Assembly: GCA_032718475.1 (NCBI GenBank)
Contig: JAUCBJ010007204.1
Coordinates: 1 to 64,000 of the forward strand
Length of the DNA stretch: 64,000 nucleotides
Reading direction: 5' to 3'
Source of the DNA: Nemertoderma westbladi
Lineage: Eukaryota > Animalia > Xenacoelomorpha
The notes beneath the pieces are model-generated. The model worked only from the letters and a program-made list of their open reading frames with translations, ran no database searches and was not told the origin of the DNA. A program made the position numbers and the translations under genes. Shown one piece after another: positions 1-12,303 of this stretch (its first letter is position 1; every line of letters starts with the position of its first letter).

Positions 1-3000
1 AACCAGGGTGTGGTATTTGCCCCGAGAGCTGACTCGTCAAAAAAGCACCCCCCAACCCCCACTATGGATTACATTAGTAATGCGGAGGTCCGGCCACTAG
101 AGGCCAGTGGAATGACTGGACACAATCGGCCTCACAGGCGTCAGTTATCTCCTGACCGGCTGCCTGTCTCACCCCCTACTGGAGAGAGAGCAGCCAACAA
201 TTCTGAGTACCTTTTCTGATGACCTTTCTGACCCAAACCCTGGGTCACCAGGGAGGCCAGATTGTGAGGGGGAGAGGGATTCTGGAGTTGGAGGCTACTC
301 TCATGTTCCACCCCGACCAACAAAGCCATTGGTGAATCTGAGGCAAGTCACTAGACTAGCCTCAGTAAACACCCTAACACTCGGGTCCCCAATGCGACAA
401 GGTGAGCTGACTGCCTTGGCAGATAAGCTTTCTCTTAGCGCAGTGGGTGTTCAAGAGCACCGAATTCAGACTGATGAGGTTCTGATTAAGGACATGGGGG
501 GGGGGGGGGGGGGTTGGCGACTCGCCCTCGCGTCAGCAGATGATAGTGGCAATGATGGAATTGGTCTATTGATGAATCTAACTGCACATGCAGCATTGGA
601 CAAAATAGACCAAATCTCTAACCGCATCACCCGTTGCCACTTCTCATGTTCTGGAAGACTAGCTAAGAAGTTTCCTAAGGTGGTTCTGATTGTGTGCTAC
701 TCTCCAACTAGTGTTGCCACTACCACAATCTACAAGCAGCTACTGATGGAGGGGATCAGCATGCATTCTTAACATTCCTGGGAGACTTTAATGCAAGTCT
801 GCATCAATCACATCGCCCTGGGTCTATAGCAATAGTGTTAACCGAAATTCCGTCCATCTTCAGGATTTTATCTCTGGAAATGGATTGTTTTCGGCTGGAA
901 CCCAGTTCAATAAGCTAACGCTTTACTTAGCTTTACTTTTTTTAGGAAATACAGGAGCTCTATACAAGACTGTAATGCATTTACACTTCGACCCTTCTCC
1001 AGTGATCACCGCCTTATTGAGGCCAAGGTAAGACTTAGTCTGCGTGCTAGCAGAACAACGAAATCTGCCTTGCCGCGGCATGACTGGTCCTCTCTGTTGC
1101 AACAGCCAAGTGTGAGATGCAGCTTCACACTACAGCTGAGCAACAGGTATGAGGTTCTTGCCTCTGAGGCGGCAGATCACTGCGAGGGCTATACTGCCTT
1201 CACAGAAGCAGTTAAGTTAGCAGCTGCAGAAACAGTTCCTGTATACCCTCGAAACAGGTAAAGGGCCCCCTGGACTGACAACAAAATTCAGAAGTGCCGA
1301 AATGACCTCTATAAGGCGCAGAAAGAGTACCGACTCAAACAGACTACAGCGGCCAAGAATGCAGTTAAGGCTGCATCTAGGTCCCTGAACAGAATACTCT
1401 GTTAATCTACAGGAGCTAATAAACCAACAGGTTGATGTCATCAATGATGCTGACGACAGCAGGCAATCATCCCAGGCATGGAAATCGATCAACTTGCTTA
1501 CTGGGCGGAAAAGCCAACCAACCACCAAGGTGAAGGCTGAATCACCTGCCGATCGCCTCAATGGTTGGAAAGCCCACTTTGAAAAGCTCCTCAATAATGA
1601 CAGGGTATTGCGTGATAACTTTATAGAAGTAAAAGTGTCTGAGTCTGTACTCCCAGATATTCTCATTGGCGATATCTCCTTTGCAGAAGTGAAGGCTGCA
1701 AAGAGCATTAAGACCAATCGTGCCAGTGGAGTAAATGGTGTTCCCCCTGAGGTCTTTAAAATACCTGAGTGTTTAAAACTCATCTATCCCATCATAGTAG
1801 ACATGTACCGAACAACAAGAGTCCCACAAGAAATTAAAACAAATAAGTTTGTGCCAGTTCCCAAGAATGGCAACCTATTACTCTATGGTTCTTTTCGGGG
1901 AATCTCATCCCTATACAATAGAATTCCATTAAATCGCATCAGGGATCCCATTGAGAGACTGCTCCGTGGAAATCAGAATGGGTTCCGTAAAGGTCGTGCA
2001 ACCATGGAGCCCATTTTGGCACTTAAAAGGATAATTGAAGAGTTATTATCAAAAAAGAAAGACAGGCATCTGGTTGTTATCTTTGTTGACTTCTTCAAGG
2101 CCTTTCATTCAGTCTCTCTCTCACGTATGTTCAGCATACTTTCATTATATGGGATTCGTGATGAAATTATTGCAGCAATCAGATCAGTATACGATGGTTC
2201 GACAACATTTGTGTCTACTGTTGACGGTGACACAGAACCATTTTAAGTGTTATGGGGCGTCCTCCAGGGAGACACACTTGCACCATTCTTGTTCATAATT
2301 GTGGTTGACTATGTTCTACGCTTGTCCTTAGATCATCATAATGATGATGGGGTGATGATAACTACACCTACTGGCTCCCGAAGTCGAGGAAATCCTGCCA
2401 AATACCTAACTGATCTAGACTTTGCTGATAACTTAGGAGTACTCGCAGAATCACTAGAGGGAGCCCAACGGCTCCTCAGCTCATTAGAACAGGCTGCTTC
2501 TAGTGTTGGTCTTTTTATTAACTCCAGAAAGAGCAAATTTTTAACAGTTAACTTTGAAAGTCCTCAGCAAGTCTCTGACCGGATGAGCATAAGCTCAAAT
2601 GATGGTATGCTTGAGCATGTGGACGACTTCTGTTACCTGGGATCATGGATCCGGAAGTCAGGTGAGGACCTTCGAATACGTAAGGGAAAGGCATGGGCAG
2701 CCTTGGATAGGCTTTCCAGGATTTGGAAGTCACCGAAAATTAATCGGAATCTTCAGGTCCAATTATTTAGAGCAGCAGTAGTTCCAGTACTCCTCTATGG
2801 GAGTACATGCTGGGCTCTAACTGCTGAGGATACCAAATCTCTGGATGGCACAATCACAAGAATGCTACGCCGGGTATATTGTGTCAAGTACAATGCACAC
2901 ATCTCCAACCACACACAATATATAACATTGGAGGTGTCTCATTGGTTCTCCCAAGCTTGGCACTAGAACAAAATCTACAAATTCAAACAAAATCGAAACA

Positions 3001-3264
3001 AACTTAGCAGGACATTGCTTTCGCCGTGAGGACCAGCCAGTGCATAATCTTGTACTTTGGCAGCCTCATGGAGTGAATAAGCATGGTGGACAGCCCATGA
3101 CTTTCTTGAGACGCATCTTAAAGGACACTGGCCTTCAAGATGCGGATGATCTAGCAAATGTCATTGGTGATAGGGAGTTGTGGCGGCGCAATTTTGTCGA
3201 CAAGCTGGCACAGCATTCTTAAAAATGCAGCTGCAATGCAGCATGCCGATCCTAGTAGTAGTAG
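1..3264 (+). mobile_element. Degraded RTE-clade (RTE/RTE-X-like) non-LTR retrotransposon
   Basis: Broken ORFs give an APE endonuclease (ASVNTLTL, VGVQEHR, CYSPT, GDFNA), then RT motifs (QNGFRKGR, FVDFFKAF, GVLQGDTLAPFLF, LDFADN, YLGS) and an RTE-type C-terminus (LWQP..G). It ends in a (TAG)n tail at ~3253-3264. The 5' end is not defined. Confidence 0.85.
329..3222 (+). pseudogene. APE endonuclease-reverse transcriptase ORF, disrupted by stops and frameshifts
   Basis: Split across ORFs 329-772, 1070-1261, 1494-2246, 2247-2966 and 3040-3222. The catalytic FADD motif reads FADN. Confidence 0.85.
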
Positions 3265-3433
3265 ACTGGTTTAGTTGTGTGTTACGCGCCACCCTGGCTG
3301 CCACCCTGAGTTAATGGACTAGCTTTTGGCCGTAGGGCCGGTAAATAAAGTAGAGTTTTATTATAGTCCGGCAGCAAAATGCATAGATTTTGGTGAACCG
3401 TGATTTTTATATCCATAAAATGTTTCATCGGTT

Positions 3434-4218
3434 TAGTACTCATTATACCTATAGTACTCATTATACCTATAGTACTCATTATACCTATAGTACTCATTAT
3501 ACCTATAGTACTCATTATACCTATAGTACTCATTATACCTATAGTACTCATTATACCTATAGTACTCATTATACCTATAGTACTCATTATACCTATAGTA
3601 CTCATTATACCTATAGTACTCATTATACCTATAGTACTCATTATACCTATAGTACTCATTATACCTATAGTACTCATTATACCTATAGTACTCATTATAC
3701 CTATAGTACTCATTATACCTATAGTACTCATTATACCTATAGTACTCATTATACCTATAGTACTCATTATACCTATAGTACTCATTATACCTATAGTACT
3801 CATTATACCTATAGTACTCATTATACCTATAGTACTCATTATACCTATAGTACTCATTATACCTATAGTACTCATTATACCTATAGTACTCATTATACCT
3901 ATAGTACTCATTATACCTATAGTACTCATTATACCTATAGTACTCATTATACCTATAGTACTCATTATACCTATAGTACTCATTATACCTATAGTACTCA
4001 TTATACCTATAGTACTCATTATACCTATAGTACTCATTATACCTATAGTACTCATTATACCTATAGTACTCATTATACCTATAGTACTCATTATACCTAT
4101 AGTACTCATTATACCTATAGTACTCATTATACCTATAGTACTCATTATACCTATAGTACTCATTATACCTATAGTACTCATTATACCTATAGTACTCATT
4201 ATACCTATAGTACTCATT
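3434..4218. repeat. Perfect 18-bp tandem repeat (TAGTACTCATTATACCTA), ~43.5 copies
   Basis: Directly visible; no variant units seen. Confidence 0.97.
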
Positions 4219-4259
4219 TACCTTCATACAGACCACTGTAATTTGAGCCAAGTAATTGA

Positions 4260-7200
4260 TGGGCGAGCCACGAAGTGAGTGAGCCTTAGCGTAGTGGTAC
4301 CATTAATCAACCTGTCGTTCTGTGGGGCGAGCCACGAAGTGAGTGAGCCTTAGCGTAGTGGTACCATTAATCAACCTGTCGTTCTGTCGTTCTGTCGTTC
4401 TGTCGTTCTGTCGTTCTGTCGTGTTCAATTTTAAACGTTAATAACTCGGCCAATCTTTGATGAAATCTATCCAAACTTGGTACACATGTTGTTTGGCAAA
4501 AGTTTAGAAATTTTCCAAGTAGAATTTCAGTGTGGCCTTCGAGAAGCTAAGATAATAGCAGTTAATTAGTTAATTAAGTTATTACGGTAAAAACACCATT
4601 TTCAACCTGCCTTTTAAAGGAAATTAATTGTTTTACAGTATAAGATTTAAATAATTATAATTAAAAATTATACAGATGTAATCCCCATACGCCATTCTAT
4701 TATAGTTTTTAATTAGTTCAAGTGATTTGCTTTAATAATTGTGTCTTTAATTGATCTAAAGTAATTAAAACGGCAAAAAAAATTTATTCTCATTAAATAC
4801 TGCTCATTTATTGGCCAACATGCTGGTACATAGATGGGATGTGTGTGTCATTCCCAGTTGCTGGGAATGATTATTGGTCAAGTCTCTGCTGCTGGCTGGG
4901 AGTTGTTGCTAAGACTAACCAGAGAGGAATAGTAATAGACAACCAGTATTGCTATTCCAGCCCAGACAGCATTCTTTAAATTCACTATAAATGTTGTATT
5001 GCTATCTCAGGTGAATGACAGATATCATAACATAAATACTATCCATGGCATGGCTGTTGTGTAGGCTTCTGAAATAGTTTATTCCACAATGTATATGTCT
5101 GGTTATTTTTTAATTGAATTTTTGCAAAGTAGTAAAATTAATGTTCTTAAAAATAATATTATTATTTTATATGTAACCTAGGAAATTAGCTACATTTTTT
5201 CGCTGCAGCTTTAAGAGTGTACATTAATTTAATATTATTTCAATACCCATATTACTACATCGGCATAAGATGCGTTGGCGTTGTATCACACATCTCCACA
5301 TATCACACATATCCACATAGATGTATCAACAGTTACTCGCACAGTTTCGAAACTTCGCATAGTTATAACTGTATAAAGATCGTCAGTCTGCGTTTAGGAA
5401 AAATATTTTATAACAAAACAGGACAAGCGACGAGCGCAACGAGGCATATAATGAAGACGAGTACTGCGTTGACTAAATTATTATATAAACCACCTGGCTT
5501 CACATATTGATCGCATCCCTAGTTATTATTATTATAAAGAACGTCCTAGCCTGCGTTTAAGAAATATATTTAAATACAAAACAGGACGAACGCAACGAGG
5601 CTTATAATGAATACGAGTACTGCGTTTATTATATTCCTATAAACCACCTGGCTTTGCATATTGAACGTGCGATTGGAAATAAGTTCGTGCTACCCTTCCG
5701 TGGGTGGTAGATGTCGCGGTTATGTATTGGTGGTTGGGAAGGGTGGGGGGGGGGGGGGATTAAAAGGGGTGAACACGTACTGTCCCCCTTTCTTTGATTG
5801 ATTGGTGGTGTGGGTAAATTTCTCAAAACCTGATTTTGTGATACAGTCGCTCAATTTTAATTTGTATCTCATAACTGGGCCTCGTGCTGCGCGAAGGCCC
5901 CACGAACGTGTCGTTCTGTCGTTCTGTCGTTCTGTCGCGTTCAATTTTAAACGTTAATAACTCGGCCAATCTTTGATGAAATCTATCCAAACTTGGTACA
6001 CATGTTGTTTGGCAAAAGTTTAGAAATTTTCCAAGTAGAATTTCAGTGTGGCCTTCGAGAAGCTAAGATAATAGCAGTTAATTAGTTAATTAAGTTATTA
6101 CGGTAAAAACACCATTTTCAACCTGCCTTTTAAAGGAAATTAATTGTTTTACAGTATAAGATTTAAATAATTATAATTAAAAATTATACAGATGTAATCC
6201 CCATACGCCATTCTATTATAGTTTTTAATTAGTTCAAGTGATTTGCTTTAATAATTGTGTCTTTAATTGATCTAAAGTAATTAAAACGGCAAAAAAAATT
6301 TATTCTCATTAAATACTGCTCATTTATTGGCCAACATGCTGGTACATAGATGGGATGTGTGTGTCATTCCCAGTTGCTGGGAATGATTATTGGTCAAGTC
6401 TCTGCTGCTGGCTGGGAGTTGTTGCTAAGACTAACCAGAGAGGAATAGTAATAGACAACCAGTATTGCTATTCCAGCCCAGACAGCATTCTTTAAATTCA
6501 CTATAAATGTTGTATTGCTATCTCAGGTGAATGACAGATATCATAACATAAATACTATCCATGGCATGGCTGTTGTGTAGGCTTCTGAAATAGTTTATTC
6601 CACAATGTATATGTCTGGTTATTTTTTAATTGAATTTTTGCAAAGTAGTAAAATTAATGTTCTTAAAAATAATATTATTATTTTATATGTAACCTAGGAA
6701 ATTAGCTACATTTTTTCGCTGCAGCTTTAAGAGTGTACATTAATTTAATATTATTTCAATACCCATATTACTACATCGGCATAAGATGCGTTGGCGTTGT
6801 ATCACACATCTCCACATATCACACATATCCACATAGATGTATCAACAGTTACTCGCACAGTTTCGAAACTTCGCATAGTTATAACTGTATAAAGATCGTC
6901 AGTCTGCGTTTAGGAAAAATATTTTATAACAAAACAGGACAAGCGACGAGCGCAACGAGGCATATAATGAAGACGAGTACTGCGTTGACTAAATTATTAT
7001 ATAAACCACCTGGCTTCACATATTGATCGCATCCCTAGTTATTATTATTATAAAGAACGTCCTAGCCTGCGTTTAAGAAATATATTTAAATCCACAACCA
7101 ACGAGGCTTATAATGAAAACGAGTACTGCGTTTATTATATTCCTATAAACCACCTGGCTTTGCATATTGAACGTGCGATTGGAAATAAGTTCGTGCTACC

Positions 7201-7414
7201 CTTCCGTGGGTGGTAGATGTCGCGGTTATGTATTGGTGGTTGGGAAGGGTGGGGGGGGGGGGATTAAAAGGGGTGAACACGTACTGTCCCCCTTTCTTTG
7301 ATTGATTGGTGGTGTGGGTAAATTTCTCAAAACCTGATTTTGTGATACAGTCGCTCAATTTTAATTTGTATCTCATAACTGGGCCTCGTGCTGCGCGAAG
7401 GCCCCACGAACGTG
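4260..7414 (+). mobile_element. Head-to-tail dimer of a ~1516-bp non-coding element, HINE/DINE-1-like (Helentron-associated) architecture
   Basis: Identical ORF-track hits at 5217 and 6733 give a 1516-bp period. Each unit opens with a (GTCGTTCT)n microsatellite and closes with a GC-rich hairpin (GGGCCT..N..AGGCCC). A ~65-bp duplicated head lies at 4260-4390. The family assignment is inferred from architecture only. Confidence 0.55.
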
Positions 7415-7994
7415 TTACTAATGTTCCCTTCTGCCTACCTCAATACTAAAGAAAGTTAGGGGAATTATCGATTATTCATAAGTATTCTCCAAATATAAGC
7501 ATCCATTAAATAGGTTACCAACCACAATGAATAACAGTATAAAAACAGTATAAATTACGCGGTGCCGGCAGTGTCAGAATGTTTGAGAGTCAGAATGTGT
7601 TTACGAGAGTGAGTACCGATAGTAGTACTGTAGTACGAGAGATAATTTATTTGCGTTTGATAATTCTCTCTGGCCGCTGATGGTTCTGGGCAGAAGTCAG
7701 AATGTCAAAATGAAGGATTTGTCGCACTGCGGCATATTCATATGTAAACAAGGCCTTGATAAACCTTAACGTGAAAATCCTGCTGATTGGACGAAAAATA
7801 ACATAGAACATACGGGACAAAGAGAAAGGCTGGCCAATAGCTGGTGATTTCGTCATTAAAGCTCTGCACCAAAATACACGCTAGAGGGCGTAGGTTTATA
7901 GGCCTACGTTCTCCAATCCCTAGAGATAATGCCAGTTTTTTAGAGTAGTTCGCGCATTGTACAAAAAACGACACATTTTTGCCGCAAAAGCTTT

Positions 7995-10610
7995 AACAAC
8001 TGGTGCAGACACTTGTGCAGACAATGGTGTAGACACCGGTGCAGACAGTGGTGCAGACACTGGTGCAGACATTGGAGCAGACACTGGTGCAGACACCTGG
8101 TGCAGGCAGTGGTGCCCGCTTAGCGACTTAGTTAGTACTGTATATGTAATAAATACAACAGGCCAGGAAGATATTTTCCGCTTCTTTAGTTCCTGCTGAT
8201 GCAAACGAGTCGTTACTTTCTTCAAACTTTAAAGGTAATTTCCAGTATTTAGTTCCCGCATATCGTTATTATTTAACATTTTTAATTTCAACTTAGATCT
8301 TTTATGATTAAAAAATTTATTAACCTCAGTTAGACATGGTAGCATTTATACTATTTGGTTTTGCAGTAAAGTTTTCAAGGAATGAGGATTAAGCAACAGC
8401 GTTTCATTGTTTATAAATAACCTACTTTTGATTGAGTATGTTTAATTTGTTTAACTTTATTAGAGACAGTGTGTAATAAAAACATCAAGGTGCTGTACAG
8501 TATAATGGTCCGAGTACGCACTAACCAATATATTTTAGTAACTATTAATTAATGATTTCAAGAAAAATACTCAGTCGACTGTCTGACATTTTGTCGACAA
8601 AGTAAAAGTAGTACTTTTATTTAATTAAATTAGTGTATGTTAATGAAGGAGGCCGTTGTAGATGACTTTGGTTGAATGGGGTATAAGTAAGAAGAAAAAC
8701 GGATTGCCTTATACTAGCTTCCAAATTCAGCGCGGGATGCGGGCACTAATGACTCGCAGGCACTAACGTCTCACTTGCAGACAAGGTCCTTGCGCACTAA
8801 TGACTCGCGGGCACTAACGTCTTACTTGCAGACAAGGTCCTCGGGCACTAATGACTCGCGGGCACTAAAGACCTGAGACATTAGTGCCCGCGGGCACTAT
8901 TGTCTCGCGGGCACTAACGTCCCCCAATCCTTCCTGGCCTGTTGTATTTATTACATATACTAACTAAGTCGCTAGACGCGGGCACTAATGTCTCGCGGCA
9001 CTAATGTCTCGCGGGCACTATTGTCTCGCAGGCACTAACGTCTCGCGGGCACTAACGTCCCAAGACCGTGTTGGATGAACAGGACACCATGACCCTCCCT
9101 CTACTACAGTGACATACGCAACCACAATCACATCCACTATACATCTAATATACAACGCATTCGTTCACTCCCAACAATGTTTAACCGTTTCCTAGTAAAC
9201 AAATATTTAATATGTTCACCACTTCACCATCGATTAACACAAGGGTATAAGGCAATCAATTTTCCTTCTTACTTATACCCCATTGCTTTACTTTTAATTC
9301 GTCCACAAAATGTCAGACAGAAGACTGAGTATTATTCTTGAAATCATTCATTCATTATATATTATTATAGTTAATGCGTCCTTGGAGGATTATTTTCTTG
9401 TTTATTTATTATAAGCTGACACCACAGCAAAGTTAAACAATGTAAACATACTCAGTCTAAAGTAGGTTATGTATAAACAATCAAACGCCGTTGCTTAATC
9501 CTCATTCCTTGAAGACTTTACCGCAAAACCAAATAATACAAATGCTACTAAGTCTAGCCGAGGTTAATTAATTTTTTTATTCATAAATGATTCAAGTTTG
9601 AAGAAAAAAAGGTTAAATTTAATGAGGTGTGGAAACAAAAGACTGGAAATTTGTCCCTTTGAAGTTTGAAGAAATTTTGCGTAAGCAGGAACTAAAGAAG
9701 CTATAAATGTCTTCCTGACCCGTTCTTTTACATATACTAAATCGCTAGACGGGCACTAATGTCTCGCGCGCACTAACGGCTCGCGAGCACTAAAGTCCCA
9801 TGGGACATTAGTCAGCGACAATGCGACTAAGTGACCGCGGCCACTAATGTCTCGCGGGCACAGCCTCATTCCTTGGGACATTGCAGCTCAGAGTTTGTAG
9901 ACATTATTGTTTATATGAAAAATGGGAATACCAATTAATTACTTTCGTACACACCACTTATAATTATTTGTAATCAGGGCACCCCGACTTGTACTACATA
10001 CTACCTCCCTACTTCATGTAGAACCTTTCAGTAGTTACTCGCATATTTGTAGATAATAAAGTCTATGATAAAATATAGTATAATAGTGCCTGGTGGTTCC
10101 GTGTTTTGTGGGGTGCGCTCTGGTATTTCAGTATTTTCACCAGGTGTCTGCACCAGTGTCTGCCCCAGTGTCTGCACCAGTGTCTGCACCAGTGTCTGCC
10201 CCAGTGTCTGCACCAGTGTATGCACCAACGTCTGCACCAGTGTATGCACCACTGTCTTCACCAGTATCTACACCACTGTCCTCACCACTGTCTGCCCCAG
10301 TGTCTGCACCAGGTGTCTGCATCAGTGTCTGCACCACTGTCTGCACCACTGTCTGCACCAGGTGTCTGCACCAGTGTCTGCACCACTGTCTGCACCAGGT
10401 GTCTGCACCAGTGACTGCAACAGTGTCTACACCAGTGTGTGCACCAGTGTCTGTTCCATTGCCTTCACCTATATCTGCACCAGTGTCTGCACCAGGTGTC
10501 TGCAGTCTGCACCAGTGTCTGCACCACTGTCTGCACCAAATGTATGCACTAGTGTCTGCACCAGGTGTCTGCAGTACTGTCTGCACCAGGTGTCTGCACC
10601 AGTGTCTGCG
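7995..10610. repeat. Degenerate foldback-like region with inverted arms and 12-bp subrepeats
   Basis: (TGGTGCAGACAC)n at ~8000-8110 is inverted relative to (GTGTCTGCACCA)n at ~10140-10610. The segment ~8160-8715 is an inverted, diverged copy of ~9245-9725. GCGGGCACTAATGTCTC subrepeats occur at ~8740-9060 and ~9750-9860. Confidence 0.7.
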
Positions 10611-11092
10611 TAACGTTTACACCCGCTCAAAACAACCTCTATTGGGTCTGGTTGGTTAATTAATAGTGTATGACATGAAGGAAGCACACCACCACTCAGC
10701 AGCATTAATGATAATGATATTGGTGAAGTTCGCATCACAGCGGATAGAACATATCGTGACCATAGAGCCAGAACAACACATACCACAATTTTTCAAAAAA
10801 AAAATTTTTCACCAAAATTACTCAAGATGGCGTTCTACATCTTATGTTAAAATCCTAGACTTGTATGTCAGTCCGTTTAGGAGATATGGAAAACCAGAAC
10901 AACCCACACAACATAGAAGTTGAAAACTGTTAGAGGTAAAACAACACATACCACACTTTCCCTATCATACTTTGCCAGGAAAAACACCATTCAATAGTCG
11001 AGGAATGACGTGAGTTCTTATGTTTCTGTGATAAAATCCTAGAGGTAAAACAACACACACAGACTAGAGTTAATGTTAAATTTCAGTATGTG

Positions 11093-12292
11093 TGTAAAAG
11101 CTTTTGTGGGATAACTGATTCGTTTGCCTTGCTGGCCAGTTCCCCCCCCGGTCGCTAGAATACTCTAAAAGGGATCTATAGGTAAAATAGTGCAAGCTAC
11201 CAGCTTATTGGCTGATGGGCTGTACGAAGGTATCTGGGTTCTGTTCGATCGGCCAACCAGCTTAGGGAGGTTGCCTTAGCCCTGCTGTCCGTATCGGCCA
11301 ATAGAATTTGAGTGGGCGTTGATTTTGACCTATCCCAGAGCTACTGAACTGAATTTCCTATCTGTATGCTCATCCTCTGTGTTGGACGGGAGCTTCGGGG
11401 AATAAGGGTAGTTGGTATCCTCGTATAGTTATTCTAGTCATATGATTCTTCATATGATTCTGTTGTTGTGTTCCCATTTTCCGCCATAACACCGGCTTTT
11501 GGGAAGAACTCCAGTAAAACTGCTTAAATTATCGAAAGTATAACTGTTACCTTAACTTACCTTACCTAACTCACTTAATTTAACTGCACTAATCATATTG
11601 TTTGTACTGTTATTTACCGTCAGTTATTAATTGTATATATTTGTTGATGAATTATTGCCCTTTGGAGAATACGGATAAATCACCCAAAATTCCCAATTTT
11701 CTTGATACACTACAGGTTAGAGAGACAGGCTATACATAACAATTGCGATTTATATCAATGTGGTGTGTATTGAATCTAATGTTATTTAGCAGACCCTACA
11801 TGAGTCAATTGCTGCTCTCTTTATGTGTGATCAAGTTTACTGACGGTCGGCAGAGTAGTGTGCATGATTGTGAGTGTGACTGGTAACAAAGCATTTCCTA
11901 AAGAATGCGCCTTATACTTTAATCATAAGCAGTATCGTTGCGTTTAGTATAAGTCCTAGTTCTGTTTAAATAGATAGAGCGCCACGTCCTAAAGGAACTG
12001 TTAATATTTCCCGAAAGCCAATAATATCTGTCAGAAATTAATTATTAACGATCTATCGAATAATACAGTAGGTTTACACTGCAACCTTACACTGCAATAA
12101 TAAAATTTAAGCATCCGAATTCAGCCTCCCGGGTGTAGATCCATCGGGTGAATGATCGCGCATGGGCTGACTTCGGCTAATGTTTTGTTTATTAGCATAA
12201 AATATTGTCGTATGCTAAAGGTGTTTTAATTAACTAAAAGACATATAAATTTTGGCAGGTTAAACTGCTAAAGGTCTTCAAAAGCGCGAACA
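11093..12292 (+). repeat. 5' LTR of element A (1200 bp)
   Basis: TGTAAAAGC...GCGCGAACA; direct repeat of 25216-26413 with about five differences by eye. Confidence 0.95.
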
Positions 12293-12303
12293 GTAACAGT
12301 TAT
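12293..12303 (+). promoter_or_regulatory. Non-canonical primer-binding site, complementary to LTR-internal 11540-11550
   Basis: GTAACAGTTAT abuts the LTR end, lacks the TGG start of a tRNA PBS, and is the exact reverse complement of ATAACTGTTAC (11540-11550). Confidence 0.6.

Noticed and set aside
60-330. Possible HDV-like ribozyme at the 5' end of the RTE LINE
   Set aside because: Small hairpins exist, but I could not assemble the nested double pseudoknot by eye.
3282-4278. Four long ORFs (MSTIGI, STHYTY, IIPIVL, NEYYRY repeats)
   Set aside because: They are translations of a stop-free 18-bp tandem repeat, open in several frames on both strands.
10028-10786. Cys/His-rich ORFs resembling metallothionein or antifreeze proteins
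   Set aside because: They come from the 12-bp GTGTCTGCACCA array and are open in most frames.
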